Assembly (NCBI GenBank): GCA_964609375.1
Contig: CAZSSA010000001.1
Span: 7,694-71,693, forward strand
Length of the DNA: 64,000 nucleotides
From: an uncultured Verrucomicrobiota bacterium
Lineage (GTDB): Bacteria > Verrucomicrobiota > Kiritimatiellia > CAIKKV01 > CAITUY01
Direction: 5' to 3'
Of the stretch, positions 18,309-29,444 are shown piece after piece (the stretch's first letter is position 1; the number at the start of each line of letters is the position of its first letter). A program made the position numbers and the translations under genes. Under the pieces are notes generated by a model. That model searched no databases, had not been told where the DNA came from, and worked only from the letters and a program-made list of their open reading frames with translations.

Positions 18309-19325
18309 TTACTCCTTGCCCGCCTCCGGGGCACTCAACATCTTCAGAAGCTCCTCGTCAAATTTCAAGCCAAGTCCCAATCCAAGTTCAGCCAGTTTCG
18401 CTTTAATTTCATTCAGCGACTTCTTTCCAAAATTACGGTACTTAAGCATCTCCGCTTCGCTCTTCTGCGCCAATTGCCCCACTGTCGTGATATTGGCATT
18501 ATTCAGGCAATTAGCCGCGCGAACGCTGAGTTCAATTTCGTTGACACTCATGTTGAGCACTTTCACCATCTGCTCACGCTCAAGATCAACCTGTGTTTCA
18601 GTGTCCTCAAACTCCACCACATTCTTGTCGTAATCAACAAAGACATCTAAATGGTGTCGCAATACAGCCGCCGAAACAGTCATGGCATCATCGGGGGTAA
18701 TCCGCCCGTCGGTCGTAACCTCCAGAACAAGTTTGTCATAGTCCGTTCGTTGCCCTACCCGAGTATTCTCAACAATAAAATTAACGCGCTTCACAGGTGA
18801 AAATATTGAGTCAATCGGAATGCGCCCAATATCCTGATTGTCTTTCTTATTCCAATCTGCAGGACAGAATCCACGACCAGTCTTGATTTCCAAGACAACA
18901 TCCAGTAAGCCATCCGATGCTAATGTCGCGATATGCTGCTTCGGATTAAGCACTTCGACCGTACCATCTGTCTGAATATCGCCTGCGGTCACTTCTTTGG
19001 CGCCTTTTACCTTGAGCGTCAAATAACGAGTCTCCCGTGACTGCATTCGCAACAGGACCTTTTTTAGATTTAAAATAATATCGGTCACGTCCTCCACAAC
19101 CCCTGGCAATGCACAAAACTCATGAGGAGCGCCTTCGATGCGAATCGAGGCAATGGCCGCACCCTCTAAAGACGACAGCAACACTCTTCGCAGAGAGTTT
19201 CCTATTGTCCGCCCATACCCCACCTCCAACGGCTCCGCGACAAACCGTGCAAACGTCGGGGTGCAAGACGTCTCATCTTTAACTAGTCGCTTCGGCATTT
19301 CAAATTTGCTCAATCTGATTGGCAT
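18309..19325 (-). CDS. rpoA: DNA-directed RNA polymerase subunit alpha
   Basis: N-terminal dimerisation domain and C-terminal domain (ELSVRAANCLNNANITTVGQL). Start at MPIRLSKFEMP; the track ORF is longer. Confidence 0.9.
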   Translation of the reverse strand: MPIRLSKFEMPKRLVKDETSCTPTFARFVAEPLEVGYGRTIGNSLRRVLLSSLEGAAIASIRIEGAPHEFCALPGVVEDVTDIILNLKKVLLRMQSRETRYLTLKVKGAKEVTAGDIQTDGTVEVLNPKQHIATLASDGLLDVVLEIKTGRGFCPADWNKKDNQDIGRIPIDSIFSPVKRVNFIVENTRVGQRTDYDKLVLEVTTDGRITPDDAMTVSAAVLRHHLDVFVDYDKNVVEFEDTETQVDLEREQMVKVLNMSVNEIELSVRAANCLNNANITTVGQLAQKSEAEMLKYRNFGKKSLNEIKAKLAELGLGLGLKFDEELLKMLSAPEAGKE

Positions 19326-19371
19326 GGATCTACCTTTCCCAAAAGAACTACTCCCGCATGGCGGGCTGCTG

Positions 19372-19998
19372 TTACTTGGAGTACAACTCCACAATCAACT
19401 GTTCGTTCACAAACGGCGCAATCTCCTCCTTGGTTGGAACGCGCAGTACTTCACCGCGCAAATTATCCTTATCCAAGGCAAGCCAAGAAGAAAGCTCTCG
19501 GCTCTGGGAATCCAGCGTCCGCTTAACGGCATCCTGACTTATCTTACGGCTTTTGACATCAATCCTATCTCCCGCCTTCAGGCACATCGATGCCACATCA
19601 GCTCGGCGGCCATTCACTGTCACATGCCCGTGCAACACAAGCTGTCTAGCCGTCCGCCGACTGGGCGCAAACCCTAGCCGATAGACTAAATTATCCAATC
19701 TCATTTCGAGCAACTGCAGCAACATCTCACCAGTAACACCTCGCTTACGCAAGGCGCGTTGGAATACCAGCTTGAACTGCCCCTCGCGCAAGCCATAAAA
19801 ACGACGCAAGCGCTGCTTCTCTCGCAACTGCACTCCATAGTCCGTTGTCTTTTTCGAAGGACGCGCCCCATGCATCCCTGGCGCCGGGCGCCCTGTTTCA
19901 ATCGGACACTTTGCCATCCGGCAACGATCACCCTTCAAGAAAAGCTTCATGCCCTCTCGGCGACAAAGCTTGCAGGCTGGCCCTGTATATCTGCCCAT
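19372..19998 (-). CDS. rpsD: 30S ribosomal protein S4
   Basis: MGRYTGPACKLCRREGMKLFLKGDRC and the S4 domain. Confidence 0.9.
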   Translation of the reverse strand: MGRYTGPACKLCRREGMKLFLKGDRCRMAKCPIETGRPAPGMHGARPSKKTTDYGVQLREKQRLRRFYGLREGQFKLVFQRALRKRGVTGEMLLQLLEMRLDNLVYRLGFAPSRRTARQLVLHGHVTVNGRRADVASMCLKAGDRIDVKSRKISQDAVKRTLDSQSRELSSWLALDKDNLRGEVLRVPTKEEIAPFVNEQLIVELYSK

Positions 19999-20032
19999 TC
20001 GAATTCTCCTCTTAGTTCAAAATCGTTTGCCG

Positions 20033-20515
20033 TTACACACGTCGACGTTTCCGAGCACGGCAACCATTATGCGGCATCGGCGTCACATCCTTAATCAAGC
20101 TCACATTTAATCCGGCCGCCTGTAGCGCACGAATCGCTGATTCACGCCCTGCCCCCGGCCCCTGAACACGAACTTCAACTTCCTGCATGCCGCGCCCAAC
20201 CGCTTGCCGCGCCACTTCCTGCGCAACAACACTTGCCGCAAACGCAGTACTTTTCCGCGACCCTTTGAATCCGGCGCGACCAGACGTACTCCAGGCAATC
20301 ACGCCGCCCTTGCTGTCAGTCACCGAAATAATCGTGTTGTTAAATGTCGCACGAATATGGACCACACCAAATGGCACCACGCGTCCTCCGCGTACCCGAG
20401 CTTGACGCGCCAGCTTGGCACCCTCAACTCCAATCGCCTCAGGCGTTGCCCCTTTGTTATCAACCGCCAACACATCGGCGCTAGCCTGCTCCGCTTTTTC
20501 TTTTACATCAGCCAT
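20033..20515 (-). CDS. rpsK: 30S ribosomal protein S11 (with an N-terminal extension)
   Basis: [30 protein letters not shown]...[11 protein letters not shown] matches the S11 core. Confidence 0.9.
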   Translation of the reverse strand: MADVKEKAEQASADVLAVDNKGATPEAIGVEGAKLARQARVRGGRVVPFGVVHIRATFNNTIISVTDSKGGVIAWSTSGRAGFKGSRKSTAFAASVVAQEVARQAVGRGMQEVEVRVQGPGAGRESAIRALQAAGLNVSLIKDVTPMPHNGCRARKRRRV

Positions 20516-20557
20516 GACAAATCCATACCTCTCTGTAGCCTCTCGTGGTCTTTATCC

Positions 20558-20950
20558 TCACTTCGCAGACGCCCGCGCTTCTTTCCCGCGGACTGCACCA
20601 ACCGTCCGGCGCGGCCCTTTTCTGGTCCTGGCATTTGTACTTGTCCGCTGCCCGCGAACCGGTAAGCCACGCTTATGCCGGATACCCCGGTAACTTCCTA
20701 CACTGATCAATCGCCGTATGTTTTGCGCTATCTCACGGCGTAAATCGCCCTCAATACGATATTCACCCTGCAACACGTTGATGATCCGAGCTAACTCCTC
20801 ATCGGACAACTCATCGGCGCGCTTTGCGGGGTCAATCTTAGCTTTCGCTGTAACTTCTAGCGCCGTGGTCGGTCCAATCCCGTATAAATAGCGCAATGAA
20901 TACGAAATCTGTTTCTTACCGGGTATATCAACACCTAATATTCTTGGCAT
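20558..20950 (-). CDS. rpsM: 30S ribosomal protein S13
   Basis: MPRILGVDIPGKKQISYSLRYLYGIG. ATG at 20950 verified in the sequence. Confidence 0.9.
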   Translation of the reverse strand: MPRILGVDIPGKKQISYSLRYLYGIGPTTALEVTAKAKIDPAKRADELSDEELARIINVLQGEYRIEGDLRREIAQNIRRLISVGSYRGIRHKRGLPVRGQRTSTNARTRKGPRRTVGAVRGKEARASAK

Positions 20951-20961
20951 GAAAACGCTCC

Positions 20962-21075
20962 TCAACCTTGTCTCTGTTTGTGGCGCTGATTTGTGCAAAT
21001 CACCCGCACAACGCCTCGGCGACGCACAACCTTACACCGTTCACAAATTCTTTTAACCGAACTTCTGACCTTCAT
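20962..21075 (-). CDS. rpmJ: 50S ribosomal protein L36 (37 aa; not in the ORF track)
   Basis: Manual translation gives [37 protein letters not shown], a textbook L36 with the CxxC...C...H zinc motif. Confidence 0.85.
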   Translation of the reverse strand: MKVRSSVKRICERCKVVRRRGVVRVICTNQRHKQRQG

Positions 21076-21160
21076 CCGCTGTCTCCATTCCAAAAAGAGT
21101 TCGCCAAGTTACCAGTCGCTTGTCGTACTGTCCATATCAAAAAACATGCCGCATCCACCC

Positions 21161-21922
21161 CTAGATGGATACGCCTTCTCCTAACGTCAGGATCTCCGGC
21201 CCATCATCGCCAACCGCCACCGTATGCTCAAAATGCGCCGACGGCTTTCGATCTGCCGTCAACACCGTCCATCCATCAGCCTGCACCTCCACCGCAAATC
21301 CCCCCATATTCACCATGGGCTCGATCGCCAGTGTCATGCCAGCTTTTAATTTCGGCCCCCTGTTTGGGGCACCATAATTCGGAATCTGCGGATCCTCATG
21401 CATCCGCCGCCCAATTCCATGTCCAACAAAATCTCTTACCACGGAAAAACCGGCTTGCTTCGCCGTCCTCTCAATGGCATGTGAAATATCCGAAAGTCGC
21501 CCCCCGGACTTCGCCATACTCACTCCTGCAGCAAGCGCCCTCTCCGTCTCCTTCACAAGCCGTACCACATCTGGATCCGTCACCCCAACCATCACAGTCG
21601 TCGCTGTATCCCCAACAAATCCATCAACGATAACGCCAACGTCTATACTCACAATCTGCCCTAACGCTATCCGTCGCTGACATGGAATCCCATGAACAAC
21701 TTCATCGTCAATAGAAATGCATATGTTCCCGGGATATCCATGATATCCCAAAAAAGCACTACGCCCCCCCATCGCCTCAATCAACTTCGCCGCACACTCA
21801 TCTAACTGTTTAGTACAGACACCCGGCGTTACCATTCTTGCAATTTCATCACGAACACATGCCGCTACTCGACCGCTGTTACGCATCCGCTTTAGATCAT
21901 CGCGGTTCTTGATGACGATCAT
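21161..21922 (-). CDS. map: Methionine aminopeptidase type I
   Basis: 253 aa. M24A family motifs (GYHGYPGNICISIDDEVVHGIP, metal ligands D/D/H/E/E). Confidence 0.9.
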   Translation of the reverse strand: MIVIKNRDDLKRMRNSGRVAACVRDEIARMVTPGVCTKQLDECAAKLIEAMGGRSAFLGYHGYPGNICISIDDEVVHGIPCQRRIALGQIVSIDVGVIVDGFVGDTATTVMVGVTDPDVVRLVKETERALAAGVSMAKSGGRLSDISHAIERTAKQAGFSVVRDFVGHGIGRRMHEDPQIPNYGAPNRGPKLKAGMTLAIEPMVNMGGFAVEVQADGWTVLTADRKPSAHFEHTVAVGDDGPEILTLGEGVSI

Positions 21923-22578
21923 GTGGCCGTCAGTGCCTCCGTGGCACTTAACACTTCCTTCACGGTCTCTTGTCGTGGCTTTGATGAATCAACTTTAACA
22001 AGAACGCCTTTCTTCTCATAAAAAGAAATTAGGCTTTCCGTCTGCCTCACATATACATCCAGACGATTCAGAATGGTGCTTTCCTGGTCATCAGTCCTCT
22101 GATAAAGCTCTCCGCCACACAAGTCGCAAATTCCATTCTTCTTCGGTGGAATGTTAATCACATGATAACCCTGCCCACACTGGCGACAAATCCGCCGCCC
22201 CGTCAACCGAGCGATCAACAACTCCCTCGGCGCATCCAGCAAGAAAACAAAATCAACCTTCGCCCCACGACGTCCAAGGCTGTCATCCATCAATCGAGCC
22301 TGCTCTAGTGTCCGCGGAAATCCGTCAAACATATAGGCGGCATCGCTTTCCCCATGATCCAAACGCTCATCCACCAAATCTATAATTACACCATCCGGAA
22401 CAAGTTCTCCACGCTTCATGAAAGCTTCAGCTTTTTTTCCAACCGGGGAACCAGCCTTGACAGCTTCTCGCAACATGTCGCCCGTAGAGATGTGAACAAA
22501 TGGACTCGCGGCACGAATGCCTTCGGCAATCGTCCCTTTTCCCGCTCCCGGTGCTCCTAATAATATAATCGCCTTCAC
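21919..22578 (-). CDS. adk: Adenylate kinase (with Cys4 zinc-lid)
   Basis: ILLGAPGAGKGT P-loop. Lid has CRQCG...CDLCGG. Start set at the GTG near VVKAIILLG to avoid a 41-nt overlap with secY; exact start uncertain. Confidence 0.85.
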   Translation of the reverse strand: MKAIILLGAPGAGKGTIAEGIRAASPFVHISTGDMLREAVKAGSPVGKKAEAFMKRGELVPDGVIIDLVDERLDHGESDAAYMFDGFPRTLEQARLMDDSLGRRGAKVDFVFLLDAPRELLIARLTGRRICRQCGQGYHVINIPPKKNGICDLCGGELYQRTDDQESTILNRLDVYVRQTESLISFYEKKGVLVKVDSSKPRQETVKEVLSATEALTAT

Positions 22579-22609
22579 AACTTCACTTCCATCGGCGCCA
22601 ATCCTGCTG

Positions 22610-23959
22610 CTACCTTCTCGCCCGAATTCGCCCCTTCCGGAGAAAACCATCGTAGTGCCGCATCAATAAGTGCGACTCCACCTGCCGCATTGTATCCAGC
22701 ATCACGCCTACCACAATCAACAGGCTGGTCCCGCCAAAAAACGACGACACAAGCCACGGAACGCTGAACTGGCGGTACATGATCGTGGGAATAACCGCTA
22801 TCACCGTTAAGAAAATCGCTCCCGCAAGAGTAATCCGCGTCATCGTTGAATCCAAAAATTCAGCGGTCGGAGTGCCCGGACGTATGCCTGGCACATATCC
22901 GCCGTATTTCTTCAAATCATCAGCAATCTGCACGGGATTAAATTGCGTTGCCACCCAGAAGTAAGAGAAAAACAGAATCATGATTCCGTAAAGGATTAAG
23001 TACAATCCCGTGTCCATGGTTAACGCATTGCCCAGACGATGTGCAAAGTCATTAGGAATCCGATTCAATATCATCGCCGGGAACATCAGAATCGACTGCG
23101 CAAAAATGATAGGCATTACACCCGAATAATTAATCCGAAGAGGCATGTATGTACTCTGCCCACCATACACTTTCCGTCCAACCACGCGCTTTGCATACTG
23201 AATCGGTATTTTCCTCTGTCCCTGCGTCAGCGCTATTGTCCCCGCCACCACAAGAAACAGCATGACCAATAACCCAGCCAAATAAAAGGGCGAAAATTGG
23301 CGCGACCCATCCTCGGTTGCTCTGAACATGTATGACATGGCCATCACCGCCGCTGGAAGGCGACTCACAATACCCTCGGTGATAATCAGAGATATGCCGT
23401 TACCAATCCCCCGCTGCGTGATTTGTTCACCTAGCCACATGATCAGCATAGTGCCTGTCGTTGTGGTTAACACTGTCATCAGCCGGAATCCCCAACCAGG
23501 ATTCATCACGATTTGCCTTGTAATACCGAGAACTTCCGGGTTTTCCAATGTTCGCGCCAACGCATAACCCTGAATCAAACACAAGAAAACCGTCAGTAAC
23601 CTTCCGTATTGAGTGATTTTCTGACGCCCGGAATCCCCCTCGCGTGCCAGTCTCCCCAACGCAGGCACAATCGCCGTCATTAACTGAAGAATAATGGACG
23701 CACTGATGTAAGGCATGATGCCGAGCGCTCCCACAGCGCAATTGCTCATGGCGCCACCACTAAACATGTCAATCAGCCCAAGAAAGCCGCCCCCTGCTCG
23801 GCTTTGTATGTCATGAATAACCTGCTGCAGGGCAACCGGATCAACACCGGGTGTGGGCACATTTGCTACAAGACGGCAAATGAAGATCAACCCCATTGTA
23901 AACAAAATGCGCGCCCGTAACTCAGGGATTTTAAAGCTGTTAGTGAAAGCCGAAAGCAT
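22610..23959 (-). CDS. secY: Preprotein translocase subunit SecY
   Basis: 449 aa, 10 predicted transmembrane helices, SecY family motifs. Confidence 0.95.
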   Translation of the reverse strand: MLSAFTNSFKIPELRARILFTMGLIFICRLVANVPTPGVDPVALQQVIHDIQSRAGGGFLGLIDMFSGGAMSNCAVGALGIMPYISASIILQLMTAIVPALGRLAREGDSGRQKITQYGRLLTVFLCLIQGYALARTLENPEVLGITRQIVMNPGWGFRLMTVLTTTTGTMLIMWLGEQITQRGIGNGISLIITEGIVSRLPAAVMAMSYMFRATEDGSRQFSPFYLAGLLVMLFLVVAGTIALTQGQRKIPIQYAKRVVGRKVYGGQSTYMPLRINYSGVMPIIFAQSILMFPAMILNRIPNDFAHRLGNALTMDTGLYLILYGIMILFFSYFWVATQFNPVQIADDLKKYGGYVPGIRPGTPTAEFLDSTMTRITLAGAIFLTVIAVIPTIMYRQFSVPWLVSSFFGGTSLLIVVGVMLDTMRQVESHLLMRHYDGFLRKGRIRARR

Positions 23960-23972
23960 TTGAAGGGGATTC

Positions 23973-24422
23973 CTACGCCTTGTTGATCACTTCACAAACT
24001 CCACCAACCGCCTCAATCTTTGCCTTTGCTTCGGCACTGAACGCACTGGCCTTTACCGTCAGCTTCTTTGTCAAGCTTCCAACGCCAAGAATCTTGATCC
24101 CCGCACAGGAACCATTGGCCAAACCTTGCTTCTTGAGCATCTCAACAGTCACTTCAGCACCATTTTCAAAAGACTCTAACTGCCCCACATTAACAGGAAT
24201 ATACTCTTTGCGGCTGATATTCGTGAATCCTCGCTTCGGAATTCTCCGGATCAAACGCATCTGCCCACCCTCAAAACCCAACTTATGCTTGTGCCCCGAC
24301 CGCGCATACTGTCCTTTATGCCCCCGCCCTGATGTTTTCCCGAGCCCCGAAGCCATTCCACGCCCCAGACGCTTCTTCGTCTTCCGAGCACCCGATGTGT
24401 TTGTTAATGAATGAAGATTCAT
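23973..24422 (-). CDS. rplO: 50S ribosomal protein L15
   Basis: [22 protein letters not shown] motif. No rpmD (L30) between rpsE and rplO; the gap is 35 nt. Confidence 0.9.
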   Translation of the reverse strand: MNLHSLTNTSGARKTKKRLGRGMASGLGKTSGRGHKGQYARSGHKHKLGFEGGQMRLIRRIPKRGFTNISRKEYIPVNVGQLESFENGAEVTVEMLKKQGLANGSCAGIKILGVGSLTKKLTVKASAFSAEAKAKIEAVGGVCEVINKA

Positions 24423-24457
24423 GTTTACCTACCCATTTCGTAAATCAAAACGATCGT

Positions 24458-24973
24458 TTAACCACGGGACGCCATGATGGCTTCTCGTGAACGTAACTGC
24501 TCCAAGGCATTTACTGTAGCTTTCACTACATTAACCTTGTTCCCACTGCCAAGAGACTTAGCCAAAATGTCGTGCACACCGGCCAATTCAAGAACCGCAC
24601 GCATTCCCCCGCCAGCAATAACTCCTGTTCCAGCTGATGCCGGTTTCAACAGTACGTACCCTCCATCACACTGCCCCATCACCTGATGGGGAATAGTACG
24701 ATCCTTCAAGGTCACCTGGAACATGTTTCGCCTGGCAATATCTCCACCTTTGCGAATTGCATCCGCGACTTCATTGGCTTTGCCAAACCCATATCCGACA
24801 AGGCCCTGACGATTGCCAACCACTACAATTGCGCTGAAACTGAAACGGCGGCCACCTTTGACCACCTTCGCACAGCGATTGACAAACACAACGCGCTCCT
24901 CGACATCCGAAGACGACGCCGACCCACCTTCAACCACTGTTCCTACTTTTGTCACTGCAGTCTGCCCTTTCAT
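24458..24973 (-). CDS. rpsE: 30S ribosomal protein S5
   Basis: [24 protein letters not shown] is the S5 signature. Confidence 0.9.
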   Translation of the reverse strand: MKGQTAVTKVGTVVEGGSASSSDVEERVVFVNRCAKVVKGGRRFSFSAIVVVGNRQGLVGYGFGKANEVADAIRKGGDIARRNMFQVTLKDRTIPHQVMGQCDGGYVLLKPASAGTGVIAGGGMRAVLELAGVHDILAKSLGSGNKVNVVKATVNALEQLRSREAIMASRG

Positions 24974-24984
24974 ATCCTGCGGGC

Positions 24985-25338
24985 TTAAAACTTAAACCCA
25001 GCTTCACGTACCGCATCGGCAATCGCCTTAACCCGCCCGTGATACTTGAATCCACTCCGGTCAAAGACGATATCCTGAATGCCAATCTGTTTAGCCAACT
25101 CCGCCACACGTTGTCCGACCTGTTTGGCACCGTCAATATTCTTATGCCCAGAACCACCACTTCCAGACGAAGAGACAGCCACAAGTGTCCTTGCCGCCTC
25201 ATCGTCTACCAACTGTGCATAGATGTGCTTGTTCGAAATCATCACGCTCAATCTCGGCCGTGTCGCATTGCCGCTTAGAGATTTACGAACACGCGCATGC
25301 CGCCGCTGCCGACCAATTTTCCTATCAACTGTCTTCAT
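24985..25338 (-). CDS. rplR: 50S ribosomal protein L18
   Basis: [20 protein letters not shown] matches L18. Confidence 0.9.
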   Translation of the reverse strand: MKTVDRKIGRQRRHARVRKSLSGNATRPRLSVMISNKHIYAQLVDDEAARTLVAVSSSGSGGSGHKNIDGAKQVGQRVAELAKQIGIQDIVFDRSGFKYHGRVKAIADAVREAGFKF

Positions 25339-25341
25339 AGG

Positions 25342-25875
25342 TTAGGCCACCGTCTTCCCGGCCTTACGCCGTACATGTTCACCTTTGTATCGAATTCCTT
25401 TACCCTTATATGGCTCAGGCGGGTAATAGGAGCGCATCCGCGCCGCCACATCCCCAACCTGCTGCTTATCCGCCCCACTGACGGTTATCACGCTCTCCTT
25501 AACGGCCAGCGCTATCCCTTTTGGAGCCACAAATTCTACCGGGTTTGAATACCCGATCGTCATCGTTATTTTGCTGCCCTGCACAGCTGCACGGAAACCA
25601 ACCCCCTGCAATTCGAGATTGATCGAATACCCTTTCGATACTCCCTCAATCATGTTGGCGATAAGACTACGCCCTAATCCATGCCTGCTGCGACCAGTAG
25701 CCGAATCTTCGTCAACGGTGACTACAACAGACCCATCCTTCACCGCCGCCTCAATCAACTGTGGAAGCGTCATTTCAAGTTCACCTTTGGGTCCCTTGAC
25801 AGATACACGCCGACCAGCCACTTGAACGGTCACGCCCGCCGGAATAGCCACCGGTTTCTTGCCGATTCTTGACAT
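25342..25875 (-). CDS. rplF: 50S ribosomal protein L6
   Basis: MSRIGKKPVAIPAGVTVQV...; two L6 domains. Confidence 0.9.
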   Translation of the reverse strand: MSRIGKKPVAIPAGVTVQVAGRRVSVKGPKGELEMTLPQLIEAAVKDGSVVVTVDEDSATGRSRHGLGRSLIANMIEGVSKGYSINLELQGVGFRAAVQGSKITMTIGYSNPVEFVAPKGIALAVKESVITVSGADKQQVGDVAARMRSYYPPEPYKGKGIRYKGEHVRRKAGKTVA

Positions 25876-25955
25876 TCTCGTCCCCTGTTTAAAACCAATT
25901 TCTGGTCAAAGCCTCAAGGCCCCAACCATGCTCTTACCATACGGAAGACTTGCGC

Positions 25956-26354
25956 CTACCAAACTTGGCAAAGCAATTCTCCTCCAACACGCTTCTGACG
26001 TGCCTCCGTATCCGTCATAACGCCAGACGGCGTACTCAAAATCGCCACCCCCATTCCGCCCAGCACGCGAGGTATTTTATCAAACCCCACATACCGCCGC
26101 AACCCAGGGCGACTGATCCGTCTCAGTCCCGTTATCACAGGCTTCCGATCAGCGCCGTACTTCAGGGAAATCTGCAACGTCTTGTGGATCCCATCGCCCT
26201 CAATGGCAACATCCTTGACATAGCCTTCCCGCTTCAGTATGGCGGCAATTTCATTTTTTAGTATCGAATGATCAACCTCGGCTTTCTTCAATCCAGCCGA
26301 CGATGCATTCCGAATACGATTCAACATATCACTAATTGGATCCGACAAACTCAT
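25956..26354 (-). CDS. rpsH: 30S ribosomal protein S8
   Basis: DPISDMLNRIRNA and ILSTPSGVMTD match S8. Confidence 0.9.
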   Translation of the reverse strand: MSLSDPISDMLNRIRNASSAGLKKAEVDHSILKNEIAAILKREGYVKDVAIEGDGIHKTLQISLKYGADRKPVITGLRRISRPGLRRYVGFDKIPRVLGGMGVAILSTPSGVMTDTEARQKRVGGELLCQVW

Positions 26355-26366
26355 AGCCTCTCCATT

Positions 26367-26552
26367 TCACCAGCTCGCCTTAATCACTCCAGGAATCAGA
26401 CCATAAGAGGCCAACTCCCGGAAACATATGCGGCATACCTGGAACTTGCGCATGTAAGCATGTCGTCGTCCACAGCGCTTGCAGCGGTTATAGCGACGCG
26501 CACTAAACTTAGGCGTGCGGCTCGCCTTGACTTCCTGTGATTTCTTGGCCAA
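26367..26552 (-). CDS. rpsN: 30S ribosomal protein S14 type Z (61 aa, zinc-binding form); probable TTG start
   Basis: [61 protein letters not shown]. The track ORF is longer. The 61-aa form fits the gap to rplE. Confidence 0.8.
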   Translation of the reverse strand: MAKKSQEVKASRTPKFSARRYNRCKRCGRRHAYMRKFQVCRICFRELASYGLIPGVIKASW

Positions 26553-26574
26553 ACGTGATCCCTCCTGACGTAAA

Positions 26575-27120
26575 TTACTTCTGCGACTTCGCGAACGGAA
26601 TACCCAGCAGCGTGAGCAACTCGCGCGCGCGCTTATCCGTCGCCGACGACGTGACAAGTGTCACGTTCATGCCTTGCACCTTCTTGCACTTATCCGGATC
26701 TATTTCCGGGAAAATTGTCTGCTCATGCAGACCAAATGTATAACTTCCGCGACCATCAAATCCTTTCGGATTCAAACCGCGAAAGTCATGAATGCGCGGG
26801 AGTGTAGCATGGATCAACCGCTCCATGAACTCATACATCATACTCCCTCGAAGTGTCACCTTCGCTCCCACCGGCATCCCCTGACGAAGCTTAAAGTTGG
26901 AAATGCTCTTTCTGGCCTTTGTAATAACCGGACGTTGCCCCGTGATGGCGGCCAAATCCTCCGACACCGCTTTGATTACGTCTTTTTCGACGGATGCGTT
27001 GAATCCCATGTTCACCGTTATTTTCAATAAACGGGGAACCTCCATCACATTCTTGCATCCCAGCGACTTCATCAGCGCCGGCACGATCTCACTCTTATAC
27101 TTTTCCTTAAGTCCAGTCAT
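26575..27120 (-). CDS. rplE: 50S ribosomal protein L5
   Basis: [17 protein letters not shown]... is the L5 signature. Confidence 0.9.
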   Translation of the reverse strand: MTGLKEKYKSEIVPALMKSLGCKNVMEVPRLLKITVNMGFNASVEKDVIKAVSEDLAAITGQRPVITKARKSISNFKLRQGMPVGAKVTLRGSMMYEFMERLIHATLPRIHDFRGLNPKGFDGRGSYTFGLHEQTIFPEIDPDKCKKVQGMNVTLVTSSATDKRARELLTLLGIPFAKSQK

Positions 27121-27128
27121 AGACCACC

Positions 27129-27440
27129 TTACGATTCAAACGCCTGACCGCACCGTTTGCATTTACGAACACGTTTTCCACCCTCGACCACACGCTGGGT
27201 TCGCACAGCTTTCTTGCACTGTGCACAAAACAACATGAGATTCGCCAGTGCGATCGCCGCTTCCTTGCGAACAATCCCGCCCTGTTGATTATCCTGAGTC
27301 TTGCGCACATGCTTTGTTGCCAGGTTCACACCCTCAACAATCGCTCGGCCACTCGCGGTAATCACCTGCAGCACTTTACCCTGTTTGCCGCGCTCACGGC
27401 CCCTCAGAACAACAACAATATCATTACGTCGGATATTCAT
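27129..27440 (-). CDS. rplX: 50S ribosomal protein L24 with a C-terminal CxxC...CxxC ribbon
   Basis: KOW motif MNIRRNDIVVVLRGRERGKQGKV. C-terminus CAQCKK...CKRCG replaces the usual tail. Start at the conserved M. Confidence 0.85.
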   Translation of the reverse strand: MNIRRNDIVVVLRGRERGKQGKVLQVITASGRAIVEGVNLATKHVRKTQDNQQGGIVRKEAAIALANLMLFCAQCKKAVRTQRVVEGGKRVRKCKRCGQAFES

Positions 27441-27450
27441 AATCCCCTCA

Positions 27451-27816
27451 TTACAGCACCTCGGGTGCCAGCGAAACAATCTTCATATAATTCTTTTCCC
27501 GAAGTTCGCGTGCCACCGGCCCAAAAATACGAGTCCCCAGCGGATTTAACTTTTCATCCACCAACACTACCGCGTTGTTGTCAAACCTCAACGTAGACCC
27601 ATCCGGACGCCGGATGGGCTGCGCCGTCCTAACAATAATCGCCCGACACACCTGCCCCTTCTTGACAATGCCAGCCGGTTGGGCCTCTTTAATAGCGACA
27701 CGAATTACATCACCAATGTGTGCAAAGCGTTTGCGCTGCCCAATTAACCGGAAACACCGCGCCACTCTTGCACCCGTGTTATCCGCCACATCAAGATTTG
27801 TTTCTTCCTGAATCAT
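27451..27816 (-). CDS. rplN: 50S ribosomal protein L14
   Basis: [17 protein letters not shown]... matches L14. Confidence 0.9.
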   Translation of the reverse strand: MIQEETNLDVADNTGARVARCFRLIGQRKRFAHIGDVIRVAIKEAQPAGIVKKGQVCRAIIVRTAQPIRRPDGSTLRFDNNAVVLVDEKLNPLGTRIFGPVARELREKNYMKIVSLAPEVL

Positions 27817-27831
27817 GGTCTTTCTTCCGTG

Positions 27832-28107
27832 TTATTGGCCGCCGCCCGACTCTAGAATCTTGACCAAACGCCACCGCTTTAACTTACTGAGCGGCCTCGT
27901 CTCCGTAATCATGACCCTGTCACCAACTTTGGCCTCATTTTTTTCGTCATGCGCATGGAATTTATTATACTGCTTCATCTCCTTGCCGTACAAAGGATGA
28001 CGCTTCTTGAGTTCCACACGAACCACAATCGTCTTCTGCATCGCGGCGCTGACCACAACACCCGTGCGCTCTTTGCGAAGTCCGCGTTTATTTTCAGTGT
28101 CTGCCAT
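27832..28107 (-). CDS. rpsQ: 30S ribosomal protein S17
   Basis: [22 protein letters not shown]...HPLYGK is the S17 OB-fold. Confidence 0.85.
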   Translation of the reverse strand: MADTENKRGLRKERTGVVVSAAMQKTIVVRVELKKRHPLYGKEMKQYNKFHAHDEKNEAKVGDRVMITETRPLSKLKRWRLVKILESGGGQ

Positions 28108-28112
28108 AATGA

Positions 28113-28310
28113 TCAACCCCGTTGACTCTGGCGCTCTCTGGCAACCGTCTTGGCCCTGGCGATATCCCGCCGCAGACTCCGAATCCGAGACGGTTGTTCG
28201 ACCTGACTCGCCGACTTTCTAATGTTCAATACCCTCAGCTCCCGCTGCATATCTGAACATTGCTGTTCAATTTCATCTACACTCAATTCTCTCAATTTAG
28301 CGGCCTTCAT
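28113..28310 (-). CDS. rpmC: 50S ribosomal protein L29
   Basis: [17 protein letters not shown]...LRVLNIRK matches L29. Confidence 0.85.
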   Translation of the reverse strand: MKAAKLRELSVDEIEQQCSDMQRELRVLNIRKSASQVEQPSRIRSLRRDIARAKTVARERQSQRG

Positions 28311-28341
28311 GGCTCACCGAATCCTTCTTTTTTCAGGCCCC

Positions 28342-28746
28342 TTAGCGGTGCCGCTTGACAAACATCGTCCGTATCGGCAGCTTTGCAGCTGCTAAGCGTA
28401 ACGCCTCACGCGCCATCACTTCTGGAATTCCATCCATCTCAAACAACATCGTTCCCGGACGCACAACGGCAACCCAAAACTCCGGCGCCCCTTTCCCTTT
28501 TCCTTGGCGGGTTTCCAACGGCTTCTTACTCACAGGCTTATCAGGGAATATCCTCATCCAGACCTTGCCACGCCGCTTCATATGGCGATTCATCGCCACG
28601 CGGCATGCCTCAATCTGAGTGGCTTTTACCCACGCCCGATCCAAAGCCTTCAAACCATATTCACCAAATGCCAGTGTATTCCCAGTCTGGGCATTTCCAC
28701 GACGGGAACCCCGCTGCACCATACGGTGCTTCACTCGTTTAGGCAT
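28342..28746 (-). CDS. rplP: 50S ribosomal protein L16
   Basis: [18 protein letters not shown] matches L16. Start at the conserved M. Confidence 0.9.
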   Translation of the reverse strand: MPKRVKHRMVQRGSRRGNAQTGNTLAFGEYGLKALDRAWVKATQIEACRVAMNRHMKRRGKVWMRIFPDKPVSKKPLETRQGKGKGAPEFWVAVVRPGTMLFEMDGIPEVMAREALRLAAAKLPIRTMFVKRHR

Positions 28747-29425
28747 AAGCGGCATTGGATCTTCCCCTTACTGCCTTTTCCGGCTCTTCCTTGTCCTTGC
28801 AAATCCAAACCTTGACGCCAATTTTTCCGGCCGTCGTATGGGCCTCGGCAAATCCGTAATCAATGTTGGCCCGAAGCGTATGCAAGGGAATCGTCCCCTC
28901 CTTATACTGCTCCGTTCTGGACAACTCAGCACCGCCCAATCGTCCCGCCACCTTGATACGAATACCCTTCACCCCGAGTTCCATCGCCATCTTAATGGCT
29001 CGCTTCATCGCACGACGAAATGAAACCCGTCTCTCCATCTGCACCGCAACACCTGCAGCAACTAACTGTGCATTGGTATCGGGGTTGCGTATCTCCCGAA
29101 TTTCAAGATAGATATCCTTGCCGCTCATTTTCGTAATCTCTTCACGAATACGGTCAAGGTCCTGCCCTTTGCGTCCAATAACTACACCAGGCCTGGCTGT
29201 ACATATTGTCACTCGAACGCGATTCGCATAGCGCTCAATGATAATATCCGCCACCGCGGCTGCTTCCAGTCGTTTTTTTACTAGATCGCGAATCTTGAGA
29301 TCTTCGATCAGCATTGGTCCACAGGTCTTCTTGTCAGCAAACCAGCGCGATTTCCACGCCTTGCTAACTGCAATCCGCAGCCCAATAGGATTGGTTTTCT
29401 GTCCCAAAACATCGCTCCTTTCCAC
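28739..29425 (-). CDS. rpsC: 30S ribosomal protein S3
   Basis: [23 protein letters not shown], plus KH and S3-C domains. Confidence 0.9.
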   Translation of the reverse strand: MERSDVLGQKTNPIGLRIAVSKAWKSRWFADKKTCGPMLIEDLKIRDLVKKRLEAAAVADIIIERYANRVRVTICTARPGVVIGRKGQDLDRIREEITKMSGKDIYLEIREIRNPDTNAQLVAAGVAVQMERRVSFRRAMKRAIKMAMELGVKGIRIKVAGRLGGAELSRTEQYKEGTIPLHTLRANIDYGFAEAHTTAGKIGVKVWICKDKEEPEKAVRGRSNAAYA

Positions 29426-29444
29426 TCATCCGGCTCACAGCCGG

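Noticed and set aside
21076-21160. infA (IF-1) expected between map and rpmJ
   Set aside because: Only 85 nt are available and no S1-like ORF is present. Recorded as absent from this locus.
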